Below are positions 23,651 to 37,759 of a DNA stretch of 53,587 nucleotides, in pieces. Each line of letters starts with the position of its first letter. Positions within the stretch are counted from its first letter, which is position 1. Under the pieces are notes generated by a model. It did not search any database, was not told where the DNA came from, and saw only the letters and a program-made list of their open reading frames with translations. The translations under genes and the position numbers were made by a program. Origin of the DNA: Octopus bimaculoides (lineage: Eukaryota); NCBI RefSeq assembly GCF_001194135.2, contig NC_068993.1, forward strand, positions 25,395,383-25,448,969, read 5' to 3'.

Positions 23651-25272
23651 AACAATTTTATCACCAAGATTATTAGTGTGAATTATTCATATGGTCAGTT
23701 TTAGCATTTGACTACAGGACAGTTAATTTTAAAACATATTCATTTATACTGAATTTACTGTAATGAAGTCAAAAAATTATTGAATGTAGAACATGGAGTA
23801 AATAATTCTGTTATACATCAGCTCGACCAGTCATCATCGTCATCATCATCATCATTTAATGTCCACTTTTCATGCTGGTATGGGTAAGACAGTTTGACTG
23901 GAGCTGTTAAGCTGGGGGCTACACCCGGTTCTAGTTGTCTGTTTTGGCTTGGTTTATATGGCTGAATGCCCTTCCCTAACACCAACCGTTCCACAGAGTG
24001 TACTGGGTGTCTTTTACATGTCACCAGTATGGATGCCTTTTATATATCACTGTCAGAGGTGCTTTTTATGTGTCACTAGTAGGGATCTCTTTCACATGTC
24101 ACCAGCACTGGTTAAACTTATTCTCAAAGCTTTTACGCCACACCTATGTTCCCTATGGCAAGGAATCTTTATAACCTATATTTATGTGAAATGAGCCTAT
24201 GATCCACTGTCACCTGAGTTTACCTGATATTTGATGTTTACATCCTTTTTCTCTGCTTTACCTTGTTCACTCTAAATACTTTTACTTCCAGAACTCATCT
24301 AATTCTCATCTTTTGAATACAGCCACTAACCTATAATATCTCAAACTGAATTACCCACATTCAGTTTTTCTCATTAACCTATAGAGATTCTACGTACACA
24401 CATTTTAATCATATACTGTAAATATATGCATACATTAGATAAACACAGAGTTTGAATTGTTCTAGGTTTTATGAGGTGGTGGAAATTGATTACAGAATGC
24501 TAATCCTCTCAAAGGGAATGGCAAGGAACCACAGCAAGTGGAGATAGCTGTGTTTAAGTTAACCCATCCAACCCATGCCAGCATAGAAATACAGATATAA
24601 AGATGATGACGACGACGAAGAAGATGATGATGATGATGATGATGATGATGACAACAATGATAATGGTGGTGGTGGTGATGATCACGATGGTGGTGATTAT
24701 GATGATGGTGATAATGATATTGATTATTCTTTATATATATATCTGTAATAATTCAAAATTAACTCATTTATCCCTATGGTTTTAGAAAGTTCATGTGCAT
24801 TGCCCTACATTCACAGAGTTAAGAAAAACATTAAACAACACACACACACACACACACACAAACATATACACATACATAAACACGTGCACACACCACACTA
24901 TAAACACATACACACACATGCACACCGCATATGCAAACACAGGTATACACACAAATCAATAAAAAAAACAACCTCTCCAGTGTGTGCAGCCAATTGGAAA
25001 CATCAGGTTGACTCAGGGAATGTTCTCTGTAATCTTACTAAACTCTGGCACCCATTAACGCTGTAGGGACTCCTTAGATTCAAAAGTTTTTACATTGAAA
25101 GAACCAACATTAAAACAACAGATAAAAGTTTCAGTTGTAATGAAACAAAACTTTGGTGGTGACCTTGCTTGCAACCCAACTCAAACATCACCAACACACC
25201 AGAACATGACTACAGTATGATTTAGTTTAGTCAAACAAATATAAAAGCACACATACACATTCTCATTCATGT

Positions 25273-25305
<33 letters not shown>

Positions 25306-27504
25306 ACATACATGCACACATATAGTTGTAAAGTCACTATTCACTGTAGGTTTAAACTTTTGTTTGTTTTTAACCATCTTTGATAAACCTTGGAGAATGA
25401 AGGCTGCCATTCCTTGGTTACTTTGCCCATCATAACTTCTCCCTCTATGAGAGACTTCAATCACAAGTGAGACACAAAGTAGAACAAGATCGACACATTG
25501 TGGCCTCACCAATTCATTGCAACAGCCAATTAACAAACATCTACTGTGTGAAAAATTTAACCAGTGATTCAGGACCAGATGTTAGCATATCCATTAATGT
25601 CCTTCACTTTTCTTTGATTGGCCACTTCTGTAGCCTGTATTTATTGAAGTAGATTTAGCTATGGAAACCTAACAGTAACATAACAACATTAAATACATGG
25701 TGCAGTTTTGGACATTATTCTTCTTAACTCAATTCCTTTTCACTTTTGCAGGCAGAGATCCATTTGTAAAACGTAAGCAAGGAATAAACAGGATTTCTGA
25801 AAGAATGAAGAATGTTGATTGTTCTGAACATATTTCCATTAACAAGATTTCATGACTGTGTTATGGAAATAGTATTATGTTGAAAATTTGTACGAAGATC
25901 AATAAGCAACTGATAGATGAAGGAAATTTTCTGGTAGACTTTCTCAATTACAGACAGGATTGTCTAATTTCAATTCAATGTGTCAATTGTACCATAACTA
26001 GGAAACTGAAGATTTCAGCAAAGATCCAAGATATTCAAAAAGAACAGTTGTATTGATGTTGTTACTGTTATTTCTGTTTGTGTTATGTGTGTATTTTATT
26101 TATTTATCCTCAAATACTTTTATTGATAGAGATAAGTTCAAAGAATTTACTGAAAGTAGTGTTCAGAGATGGAGAGAAGCCGATTTGGTCAGGGAAAAGG
26201 AGGTGGTTGTTTATCTTTGCAGATTAAGAGATTAATGAGAAAAATTTTTATTGTCAGGAGATCTTTGGAATTGGAAGCTAAAAGACAATCAAAGTTATCT
26301 TGAATGTTTCACAAGATGGTAAAGAAAACAAAAGACAAACCAATATTAGTTTCTCTTTCCAACTCTACAGTGGATTGATTGGAACAGATCAAAACTATTT
26401 GGCAACCACAACAATAGCTATAACAACCTTATCAGTGAGAGAACATAGTTGCTTGACCTGCTAGAAGTATCAACCAAATTTTCCTTAAATCACACTCACT
26501 TATCTTGGAAAAAAGGATACATTGGCTAATGTATTCCTAGAAACTTCTAAAAAATACCTGATGGTTCTGGTTGGAATGTTTTTATAATCGAGAAGCTTGA
26601 TCAGGGCTGATTTGGAGTTGAATAACAACAACACAATGAAGGAAATCCTTGAACTCACTCGGTGCAGCTGCCAACTCTAAAATGGAGAAAATACAATTTA
26701 AGCCTTCAAAATTCAGGACATTATCCTTTACAATAAGACAGAATGACTGTGGTTAGAATGTTTGAACCACCTTATGTCTATACATCCATTGAAATGGACA
26801 GTTAGATGATTGATAAAATGTGTGTGGAAAATTATTAACAATGTTGAACTAACTAAAGTTATTCAACAACTACAACAATACTGGTTTGAAATTTTGGCAC
26901 AAGGTTAGCAATTTTAGGGGAGAAATAAGTTGATTGCATTAACCCCAGTGCTCAACTGGTACTTATTTTATAAGCCCTGAAAGGATAAAAAATAAAGTTG
27001 ACCTCAGTGGAATTTGAACTCAGAACATAAAGATGGATGAGATGTTACTAAGCATTTTGCCTGGTGTGCTAATGGTTCTGCCAGTTAACAACAATAACCT
27101 TCCTGAAAGAGCTGCTACCATAACCACAGCTACCACCATCACCACTATGACCATGACCACAACCAAGACAATGACAACTCCTTCTCCACCACCACCACTA
27201 GCACAAACAATACTTAAGAATAGTAGCCAGTGCTCCTTCAAATCAGACTCTACTTAAAAATAGAAGATATTAGATAATGCGATGAATTGAAGACCAGTGG
27301 TTTTCAGTCATTTTTCGCTTTCCGCTATATTCTAGAATGTCATTCACTGTTTTTTTAATATTGAATCAAAAGAGGCATTTCATATAATATACATAGAAAA
27401 CTGAAAACAGATTATTTTAAATACTGGGATGCTTCCCTAAAAATTGTTGATAGCTTCTGTTACTTAGGGAACATAATTAGCAGGGCTGGTTATTGCTCTA
27501 AAAT

Positions 27505-28190
27505 TATAATAGCTAGGACAAGAACACACTGGAAGAAGTTCAAGCAACTGTTACCACTGTTAGCAACAAAGGTCTTTTCCTGAAAGTCAAAAGCAGATCG
27601 TGTTGAAATCAAGAAGTCTTGCAAAGACTAAAAAGAAATGAAGCTAATATGCTCTGAGTGGTGTATAACTGAGTATTCAAGTAAGCTAAGTAAAGAATGA
27701 TGTATAAGGGAAATAAAGTGTAGTGTGCAAAGAGGAGGTTGCCCTTATAAGGACATGAGATGCATAAGGAAGATGATTACTAGGCAAGGAAGTGCTGAGC
27801 ATTCCAAGATAGCGGAAGAGCAAAAAAGACTTGGGACATAATTGAAAAGACTGACTTGAAGATGCTGCATCTCACAGAAAAAATGACAAAGAAACATACT
27901 ACTACTATGGTCAGGTTCCAGCATAGGCCACAGCAACAAAGTCCACCCACCACACTTCTCTGTCCAACATTATTGATTTGAGGTCCTGTTTGCATTCTAG
28001 GCCAGTGTCTGTGATCAAGTTGTTGATGTGTGACAATGTTTTCCTCTTCTTGTGGGTTCCTCAAGACTGATCTGGATGCTTTCCATTCAGGGTGGCACAT
28101 GCAATGACCTACCCACAGGCACAACCGTCTGAACCATACTGATTGGCAAAATGCAGTACTACAGATGACCTATCTACAGGCACATAAGGA
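27505..28190. mobile_element. Old RTE 3' fragments (+ at 27505-27890, probably - at 27900-28190)
   Basis: RTHWKKFKQLLPLL and LKRNEANML match the RTE C-terminus seen at 3045-3529. Confidence 0.65.
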
Positions 28191-28210
28191 TAGTGTTTAA
28201 AATGCTTGAA

Positions 28211-28272
<62 letters not shown>

Positions 28273-28744
28273 ATATCTATCTATCTATATATNNNNNNNN
28301 NNNNNNNNNNNNNNNNNNNNNNNNNNNNNNNNNNNNNNNNNNNNNNNNNNNNNNNNNNNNNNNNNNNNNNNNNNNNNNNNNNNNNNNNNNNNNNNNNNNN
28401 TATATATATATATATATATATTAAATATCTATGTGTATGGAAAACAGTGAGGATTGAAACTATGATCTGCATATTCATCTTTAATATGTTCCAGCAGAAT
28501 TAGACATGAATATGCTAATTGCTGATGTATTTTGTCTTTGAAGAACAACTTCATTCAGAGAATGCCCACAGCACACTTGATTCATTCAGGTAAGGGAATT
28601 TTGAGGCAATGTAACTTTTCAAACCTGGTTGTGTCTCTCCAAAGCTACCCTCTGGATCAATGAATTGAGTGTGTTTGAAAAGAGAAGCAAATACAAAAAA
28701 GGAATAGCGTGTTTATGTTTGAATCTGCTGGAAGACATGTATGA

Positions 28745-28970
28745 AGGTGCATGGCTTAATGGTTAGAGGTATTCGGCTCACGATTGTAAGGTTGAGAGTT
28801 CGATTCCAGGTGGCATGTTGGTCCTTGAGCAAGATACTTTATTTCATGTTGTTCCAGTCTACTCAGCTGACAAAAATGAGTAATACCTGTATTTCAGAGG
28901 GCCAACCTCATTACACTCTGTGCCTCCCTGAATCTCCCGACTGGATTTTGAAACTTGTATACAAGTAACT
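28745..28970 (+). mobile_element. SINE family C (tRNA head + CORE-like body)
   Basis: TGGCTTAATGG A box, GAGTTCGATTCC B box, GTCCTTGAGCAAGATACTT. Confidence 0.8.
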
Positions 28971-29439
28971 TTTTTTTTTATGTACATATACATTTGTAAC
29001 ATAATAGGCATAGGCATGGTTTCGGGTTTAGTCCTACTGCAAGGTACTTTAGGCAAGTGCCTTCTATTATAGCCTCAGGCCGATCAAAACCTTGTGAATA
29101 GATTTGGTAGATGGGAAATGAAAGAAGCCCGTCATATATATATTTATATATATATAAGTGAGTGTGTATCTTTGTGTCTGTGATTGTCTTCCACTATCAC
29201 TTGACAACTGGTGTTGGTTTATTTACCTCCCTATAACTTAGCAGTTCAGCAAAAAGTACAACAAAATAAGTATTGGGCTTTAAAAAAAACAATGTACTGG
29301 GGTTGATTTGTTTGACTAAAAGTTCTTCAAGGTGGTGCCCAACATGTCCTCAGTCTAATGACTGAAACAAGGTAAAAGATAAAAGATAAAGATAACTAAT
29401 TATTTGATGTACCAAAGATACTGAAGATACTTAAAAAAA

Positions 29440-30830
29440 AAGAAAGAAAAAGAAGTTCTCTAAAATTCCTGGTTATTACAAGTTATTCTATTCTGAAGAA
29501 TGGGAAGCTTGTGGTTGCACTTTCTTTGTCATTTCTTGAATACATGGAAGAGTATTTTGTTTCCATTTGCAACGGAATTGAAAAAACTTGAACCAGAAAG
29601 ACATGTTGGCACAAATGAAGCAATGCTTGTACAGCTCTTTCTTCCTCTTTTAGGAAGGAATTGCACGTTAAGAATAAAAATTCTGTCAATGATTCTTCAT
29701 CAAATATATCTCTGACTCCTGAGATCTTTTTTCAGCTCCACTCATAAAATATTTTTCAGCTGATAATCTTAAAGATTTAGCACCATATCCACAGTACATC
29801 ACTGAAATCAGGAAAAATCATCATCGTTGTTGTTGTCATCATCATTGTCACCATTGTTGCCACCATTGCCTTTGTTGTTATTTAATGTTCATTTTCCATG
29901 CTGGTATGGGTTGGCCAGCTTGACAGGAACTGACAAGCCACTGGCTGCACCAGGTTCCATAGTCTGTTTTGGCTTGGTTTCTACAGCTCAATGCCCTTCC
30001 TAATGCCAACCACTTTACAAAGTGGACTAGGTTCTTTTTACATGGCACCAGCACCCACATCACACCAATGCTTTTTACATGGCACCTTGGTTTTAGGATA
30101 TCATGATTGTTGAGGATTACCACTATATCCACTGTACATCACTGAAATAAGGGAAAATATGAATTGAATTCATTTTCTGGTGCTGTGAAATGCTGCAAAA
30201 TTTTGTTTTTGGCAAATTTTAGAATTAGTTGGTCTTCTTTGCAACAAAACTTGATGACAGTTTCCAGTTTGTTTATGACAGGTTTCAAAGAATCAATGAG
30301 TTGTATGATGTTTATATTTCTTTCTTGCATTTAAACCCCCTCTTTATTCAGCTGATGAAAACTATAATCCATTCATCATTCTAGCCAAGCAAAATATCCC
30401 ATCTTAATCTAAACTTCAAAAGTAATTTGGGTCTATCTTCAAGCTCAAATAACCATTCATTTATATTTCTTGTTGAAAGTTATGAAACATTCCAGTAGAA
30501 AAAGGCTTATCAGTATACAAATTGCATGAAAAGTTAAGAGTTGAGTGCCCGTCTTTCCATCTTTTTACAAAATTTATAATTTGAATTGTTTGCTCAAATC
30601 TTCTTCAGCAGAGCTTTAAGCGTTTTTGAGAGCAGCTCTTCACAACAGCTCATACAATGAATAGCTTTCACTTTTGGAGCTTAACTTTTTCACACAAACT
30701 TCAAATCCAGATTTTGTTCACAAACTACAATTCTACAGATTGAAGATAGTCTACAGGAAATCACACTTTATTAAAAAAATGGATCAAATTCCTTCCTACT
30801 CTCAAATCCTTGAAGTTCCTAAAGGGGATT
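29440..30830 (-). mobile_element. Decayed hAT (Buster/Charlie, ZBED5-like) transposase, interrupted by an RTE-tail element with a 38-bp TSD
   Basis: IHCMSCCEELLSKTL, RALNS*LF, QERNINIIQLIDSLK, VQALL...QMETKY; direct repeat 29781-29818 / 30121-30158 (34/38). Confidence 0.75.
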
Positions 30831-31714
30831 CAGAGAGGTATGGTTGTGTAGTAAGAAGCATACTTCCCAACCACATGACTCTGGGTTCATCCCACTTTGT
30901 AGTACCTTGGTCAAATGTCTTCAAGTGTCAAATCCACTCAGGATGACCAAAGCTTTGTGAGTGGATTTGGTAGACAGAAACTGAAAGAAGCCTGTCATGT
31001 GGGTGTGTGTGTGTTTGTGTCAGTGTTTGTCCTTCACCACCACTTCGCAATCAATGTTGGTTTGTTACATCCCCATAACTTAGTATTTTTGGCTAAAGAG
31101 ACTGATAGAATAAGTTTCAAGCTTAAAAAAAACTACTGGGTTCGATTTGTACGACTAAAAATTCTTCAAGGTGATGTGATGCTCCAGCATGGCCACAGTC
31201 TAATGACTGGATCAAGTAAAAGAATAAAAGAATAAAGGAATAAAGGAATACTAATATGTTTGAAAATATTGGTTACAAATTTTGGCACAAGGCCAGCAAT
31301 TTCAGGAGATGGGGGTAAGTTGATTTTATCAACATCAAAAGGATGAAAGGCAAGACTGACCTCAGCAGGAATTTGAACTCAGAACATAAAGATGGATGAA
31401 ATACCACGAAGCATTTTGCCCACCATGCTAATGATTCTGCTAGCTTGCTGCCTTTGGGTATGTTTGAAAATATTATGGAATGGTTGTAGATGGAATTTCT
31501 TTGATTATACTTTTCTTGACCCAACTTCAACTACATCACAACAGCAAAATGATGAGGAAGGAAGCCCCTACAAAGTCACATAGTCTGCTAATAATAGCAG
31601 CCAAACAAAGGATTAATACAAATGCTATGTCTGGAAAAAGTGTGAGTTCTCATTAATGGAACTTTTGTAATCATAGGTCAGAGCTGTCCTGGGATACACA
31701 AAACAACCACAACC

Positions 31715-31719
31715 ACCAC

Positions 31720-31763
<44 letters not shown>

Positions 31764-32280
31764 GTTAGTGTCTGCTTTCCATGCTGGCATGGGTTAGATG
31801 GTTTGACTGGAACTGGTAAGATGGAGGCTGCACCAAGTTCCAGTCTGATTTGGCATGGTTTCTATGGCTTGATGCCCTTCCTAATGCCAACCACTTCAAG
31901 AATGTAGTGGGTACATTTTACGTGCCACCAGCTCAGTTGCTTTTATGTGCCACTGACACAGGTGCCAGTTACATGATACCAGCATCAGCCATGACTATGA
32001 TTTCACTTGGCTTGAGGAATTTTCTCAAGCACAGCATATTGCAAAAAGTCTTGGTCACTTGTCATTGCCTCCAAGAGGCCTGTTTGAAGATCATGCTTCT
32101 GCACCTCGACCCATGTCTTCCACAGGTTCCCTCCACAATTAGAAATGGGCACTTCTTTACACAGCTGTCCTCATCCATATGCATCACATGGCCATACCAG
32201 TGCAGTCGTCTCTCTTGCACACTAAATCTGATGCCTCTTCTGCCACACCAAAACACCACCTCTACTAATCACCAGTGAAT
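31715..32280 (-). mobile_element. RTE 3' fragment (ORF end + UTR + (ATG)n)
   Basis: VQERRLHWYGHVMHMDEDSCVKKC. Confidence 0.85.
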
Positions 32281-33904
32281 CAATTCATAAATAATATTCA
32301 TTCTCACTTAAATGGGAATGTTCTGTTAGAACAAACTATATTGTGGTAGATACCATGAGAGAAACTCTCATATTGGCTTTTGGTGCAAAATGCATTCTTG
32401 TTTATATCACTAGTGGGGAGATAAATCCCTGCCACCTCCAGCACCAAGAGCACCAGATCATGTGATTTCGACCTTGCTTGGTCTTGTCAATGATCGATGC
32501 TTGACTACAAGAGATAACAGTGACTCATCTCCCTGCTAGTGATGTATAGAACAGGTACTGGTGTCAAGAGAGCTTGTTAAAAAATATATATTAGCAACAG
32601 AAGCAGTATTAATATATATTTTCCAATCCATAAATATACTAGATAATAAGTTTAAACATTCCTTCATTGAAAGTATCAAAACTCCAGACCCTATAAGCAA
32701 ATTTTTTTCTCTTTCACTGTTACCCCAATTTCTTTCTGTCAAACTCTCAGACATATTCACACCCAACCATCAACCTTACCCCTACCCCTAACGTCATACA
32801 CTTGTCCTGAAAAGAGCTGATGATCTGAGTGAAATTTCATCTTGTACATGGCATGTCTTTATGTGATGTTGAACTAGATATGTCATGCTTGGAAGGAAAT
32901 GCAAACAGAAGCCACGAGACAGAAAGTACGCACTAATTGTTAAGCAAGGGCAGAGGTAATCCATATCTTCTCCACCACACAATTCTTTATCATTCTTTAT
33001 AAACATCATAACCATCAACTACTTGTATGTCCCTGCTTTTTCTTAATAATGATTTTGCCAAGAAGCCAAGGGCGAGTGAGGTGCTTTGTTGAACAGCAGG
33101 TGTCGTCTCCCCTTCATCCCCTTCACCACACAAATTGTTCTCAATATTATTTACACTATCACTAATGACATCATCACATACATGTAAGTGCATGTGTGCA
33201 TATATGAGTAAATGTGTATGTGTATGTTCACACACATGCATACCTCCCACACACACACCCCAACACCCACACGCACACCCACCCAAACTTACTAGCCTTG
33301 TGCCAAAATTTGAAACCAGTTTAGTTGGTATATAAGGTGGCAAGCTGGCGGAATCATTAGAAAGCTGGGCAAAACACTTAGCAGCACTTGGTCTGTTTTT
33401 ATGTTCTGAGTTCAAATTCTGCCAAGGTTGACTTTGCCTTTTAATCCATTCGAGGTTTATAACATAAGTAACAGTTGAGCAATGGGGTCAATGTAATTGA
33501 CAGACCCATTCCCCCACACTTTCTGGCCATGCACCAAAATTTGAAATCAATATTATGTCTTCACACAGAAAAAAATCTGTTTATCCAAAATTCCTTTCTT
33601 TGTCATCTAAATATTGATGTACTTATTTGCCACAAGGGTAATATAGATCAGTGTAATTCTTATGCAAAATACAAAAAGAAGTTAAGATATTTCTAACACA
33701 AATAAATAAATAAAAAAAAAATAATAATGAATTTTCAAATTGTTCCAAGGCCCCACAATGTGCTTGGAATTGAAGTATGGTCGATTAAATCGACCCCAAT
33801 AAATGACTGGTGCATTTTTTTATTAACGAAGGGTGAAGAGATGAAAGGCAAAATTGAATGTGTGATTATAAACACAAGAACCATCAACTACATAAGTTCT
33901 TTCC

Positions 33905-34001
33905 AGCTCAATGATGACGGTAACAACAATAACAAAGATGAGGGGCATGATGGAGGTGATGATGACGATAAGAATGGTTGCAATGAAGGAGATGATGATG
34001 T

Positions 34002-34043
<42 letters not shown>

Positions 34044-34997
34044 CAACAATGACAATGATAAGGAGGACGAAGGAGATGAAGAGGGCAATGTGAATGATAA
34101 TGAGGATAATGATGAGGACAGCAATGACATTGATAAGGAGGGGGACGAAGATGTTGATGGCCACAAGAATGATGACAATGTAGGGGATGATGCTGATGAT
34201 GACAGCAAAAACAATGATAATGAGGATGACTGAGATAGTGATAACAGGAAAGATAACAATGAAGGGGATGATGCTGCTGCTGCTGCTGATGATGATGATG
34301 ATGACAATTATGATGATGACAGCAACAACAATGATAAGGAAAATGATGGAGGTGATGATGGCAACAATCATGATGGCAATGAAGGTGATGATTNNNNNNN
34401 NNNNNNNNNNNNNNNNNNNNNNNNNNNNNNNNNNNNNNNNNNNNNNNNNNNNNNNNNNNNNNNNNNNNNNNNNNNNNNNNNNNNNNNNNNNNNNNNNNNN
34501 NNNNNNNNNNNNNNNNNNNNNNNNNNNNNNNNNNNNNNNNNNNNNNNNNNNNNNNNNNNNNNNNNNNNNNNNNNGCAATGCCAGTGCTAAGAAGGATGAT
34601 GGAGATGATGGAATGATGACAATGAAGGGGATGATGATAATGATGATGATGGTGAAAATGATGATGATGACAGTAATGACAATGATAAGTTGGATGATGT
34701 TGATGTTTGGTAACGAGAACAATGACAAAGAAGGCAATAATGCTGATGATGATGATGTTGATGATGATGAAGATGACGCTGATGATGACAGCAATGACAA
34801 TGATAAGCAGGATTACGGAGACGATGATAGCAATGACAATGATGACAATAAAGGAGATGATGATGATGATGATGATGGTGATGATGATATTGATGTTGAT
34901 GTTGATGAGGATGACAGCAACGGCAATGATAAGGAGGAGGATGGAGGATGATGATGGCAACTGAAATGAAGACAAGGAAAAGGATGCTGTTGCTGAA

Positions 34998-35053
<56 letters not shown>

Positions 35054-35075
35054 CAATGATGGCAGTGGTGATGAT
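33905..35075. repeat. About 1.2 kb degenerate (GAT)n-rich tract with higher-order repeats
   Basis: Recurrent ATGACAGCAA..AATGATAAG motif near 34198, 34315, 34667, 34785, 34911. Confidence 0.85.
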
Positions 35076-36034
35076 GATGTTAATGTTTACAAACCATCTT
35101 TATCTTTTTCTTTTGTTACTGGTTACAGTCATTAGTTTGCAGCCATGATTATTGCTATTGTTGTTATACTAGTAATTTGGTACTCTTTATTCTTATAATG
35201 GTTTCTACCATTGCACTGTGGCCATTCTGGAGCATGGCTTTCAAATGTTTTCAGTCAAACATACAGTGTTTACTTCACTCTGCGACTTACTTTAGTAATA
35301 CAAAATTATAAACACTAAACACTTACACACACACACACACTCACACACACACACACACACACACAAACAAACAAACACACATACACACAAACATATGTAT
35401 GTATGTGTGTGTGTATGTATGTATGTATGTGTGTGTATGTATGCATGTGTTTGTGCCTGTGTGTATGTCTGTGTGTGCGTATGTGTGTGTATGTATATGT
35501 GCATGTGTATGTGTGTGTATACAGACAGACAGACAGACACACAGATGGATAGATAGATAGATATACATATACATATTACATATATGTGTACATATGTATG
35601 TGTGCATGTGTGTGTAAAAGAGGCTTCAGCTCAATTTCCACCTATTATTATTAGACATTGTTAACACGAGTCTGAGACAAAAAAAGGAATTGAACCATCT
35701 ATCCGTTGCTTTATGTTACCTAATATAAGCAGATGTCTGCACATTTTGGAGGAGGGTACAGCCAGTTAACTCAAATACTAGAGCAGAAGGTTGACAGACA
35801 AAATCAACTTTTACTGTAAAGGACTGAAACAAAATACTGTTTCAACATTGAATCTGTTTTGTAATTTCTGACACTAAACTCTCACCCCACCTCACCCCTC
35901 CTACCAGCCAAAATAACAAGAATGCTTTCTGACTTAAGCTCTGGGTCACACATTTTTAAGAGGTGGTTCATCTCACTATTTAAAATACAGTAAGATTCTT
36001 TTATTTGCTTTTTACCAATTCTGCCCCAAAAGGA

Positions 36035-36119
<85 letters not shown>

Positions 36120-36145
36120 ATGATGATGAGGAGGAGGAGGAGGAG
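36035..36145. repeat. Compound (ACT)15(GCT)7(GAT)9(GAG)6
   Basis: Counted directly. Confidence 0.95.
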
Positions 36146-36169
36146 GGTTTCAAATTTTGGCACAAAGTA

Positions 36170-37745
36170 GGCAATCAAACAGAATGCATCTTTTTGAGAA
36201 AATATATGGGGAACAACATCAAGAAGTGACACCTGGTGTGGAAGAAAGTAAAGTATTTTGGGGAGAACTTTGGAACAGGTGAGTGAGACATTGTAGAAAG
36301 TGCAGAGTGACTAACACAGGTGGAGAGAAGAACTTGCAACTGTACCAAGACAAAAGGAAGTGGGAATTGATCTGTATTCAGTGAGATTGAAGTTAGAAAA
36401 AATAGCAAATTGGAAAAGAGCAGACCCAGCTGAAGCACAAGGTTACTTTACATAGTTGTATGAAAGGATCACTGCAGACCTGGATGAATGCCTGCAACAG
36501 GATCACATCCCCAGATGACTAGTGGATGAATGTTACTATGGTTCAAGGATCCCTTGAAAGGTAAATTAGTAACAAATTTCCAACCTATAACTTGTTCACC
36601 ACTTATGTGGAAGGTTATGACTGGTGTCTTGGCTTAAAAGGAGTGAAATCATCTGGAAAGCAACAATCTACTTTCAGTAGAACAGAAAAGATGCAGGAAA
36701 CAAAGTAGGGCAACACAAAAACCACTTTTATTAGTTGATAAAAGGACAATTAGAAATTGTAGATGCAGATTGATGAGACTGAATGTAGCTTCGTTGGATT
36801 ACAAAAAAAAAAACATGGCACGGTACCACAGTTGGATAGTAAAACAATCAGCATGTTTGGAGTGGCAGGAAATAAGGAGGAAATGGTGAATGGAAGTATG
36901 AAGAATTAGAATACTGAATTGATTGGAGGAAAACAATAATTTGGGAAAGTGAACATGAGGCATGGTATATGTCAAGGTGATAGCTTATCTCCATTACTAT
37001 TTGTATTGGCCATGATACCACTCAGTTTGATATTATGAGTAGCTTATGATTTGGGAAAAAAGATATGGTTAGATAAACCATCTCCTTTTTATGGCTGATA
37101 TAAAGCCTTATTTGAAAAATGAGAAACAGCTTGAAAGTCTTGTACATACTATTCACATTTTCTCAAATGATGTAAGTATGGAATTTGGATTGAAAAGTGC
37201 ACTATATTGAAAATGAAATGAGGAAGATTTAGGGAATTGAAATGCCAAATGCCAAACAATGAAAGCAGTTGAGAAAGGACAATAGTATAAGTATCTGGGA
37301 ATACTGGAGGTAGATGAAATAAAGCATGAAGAGATAAAACAAATTACAAGTAGGGAGTATACAAGGAGTGTGAGAAAAATATTAGTCAAAGTGGAATTCA
37401 CAAAATGTTATTGAAGCAATAAATGCAAGAGCAGTACCAATAATTAGATATGGAGTTGGAATTGTTGATTGGATCAAAAATAACATACAGAAACTTGACA
37501 GAAAATCTAGAAAGCTATTGACAATGTATGGAGCTCAGCATCTGAAAGTGGATATAAACCAGTTGTACTCGAAGGGTGACTAGGGTGGAAGAAATTTATT
37601 TGCTGTGGGGGAGTGTGTGTAGGTGGAAAGAAAAATCTACAAGGATATTTACAGAGCAGCACAGAGAAATGACTAAAGTCAGTGAATAAAGAACAGGTGG
37701 TCACGTGTGGAAAAGGAGAAATGCGGAAAAGTGCATCCAACAAAC
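36170..37745 (+). mobile_element. Degenerate R4/Dong-like LINE RT fragment
   Basis: EESKVFWGELW, FQPITC, GICQGDSLSPLLFVLAMIPL, INHLLFMADIK, YKYLGILE. Confidence 0.85.
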
Positions 37746-37759
37746 GGTGACCATACCTG

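Noticed and set aside
32817-32836. CTGATGA...GAAA hammerhead-like core
   Set aside because: No stem II pairing and no stem I/III.
33727-34951. Asp-rich (aspein-like) or Met-rich protein
   Set aside because: The ORF starts inside a SINE, and the GAT register shifts frame repeatedly; it is a simple repeat.
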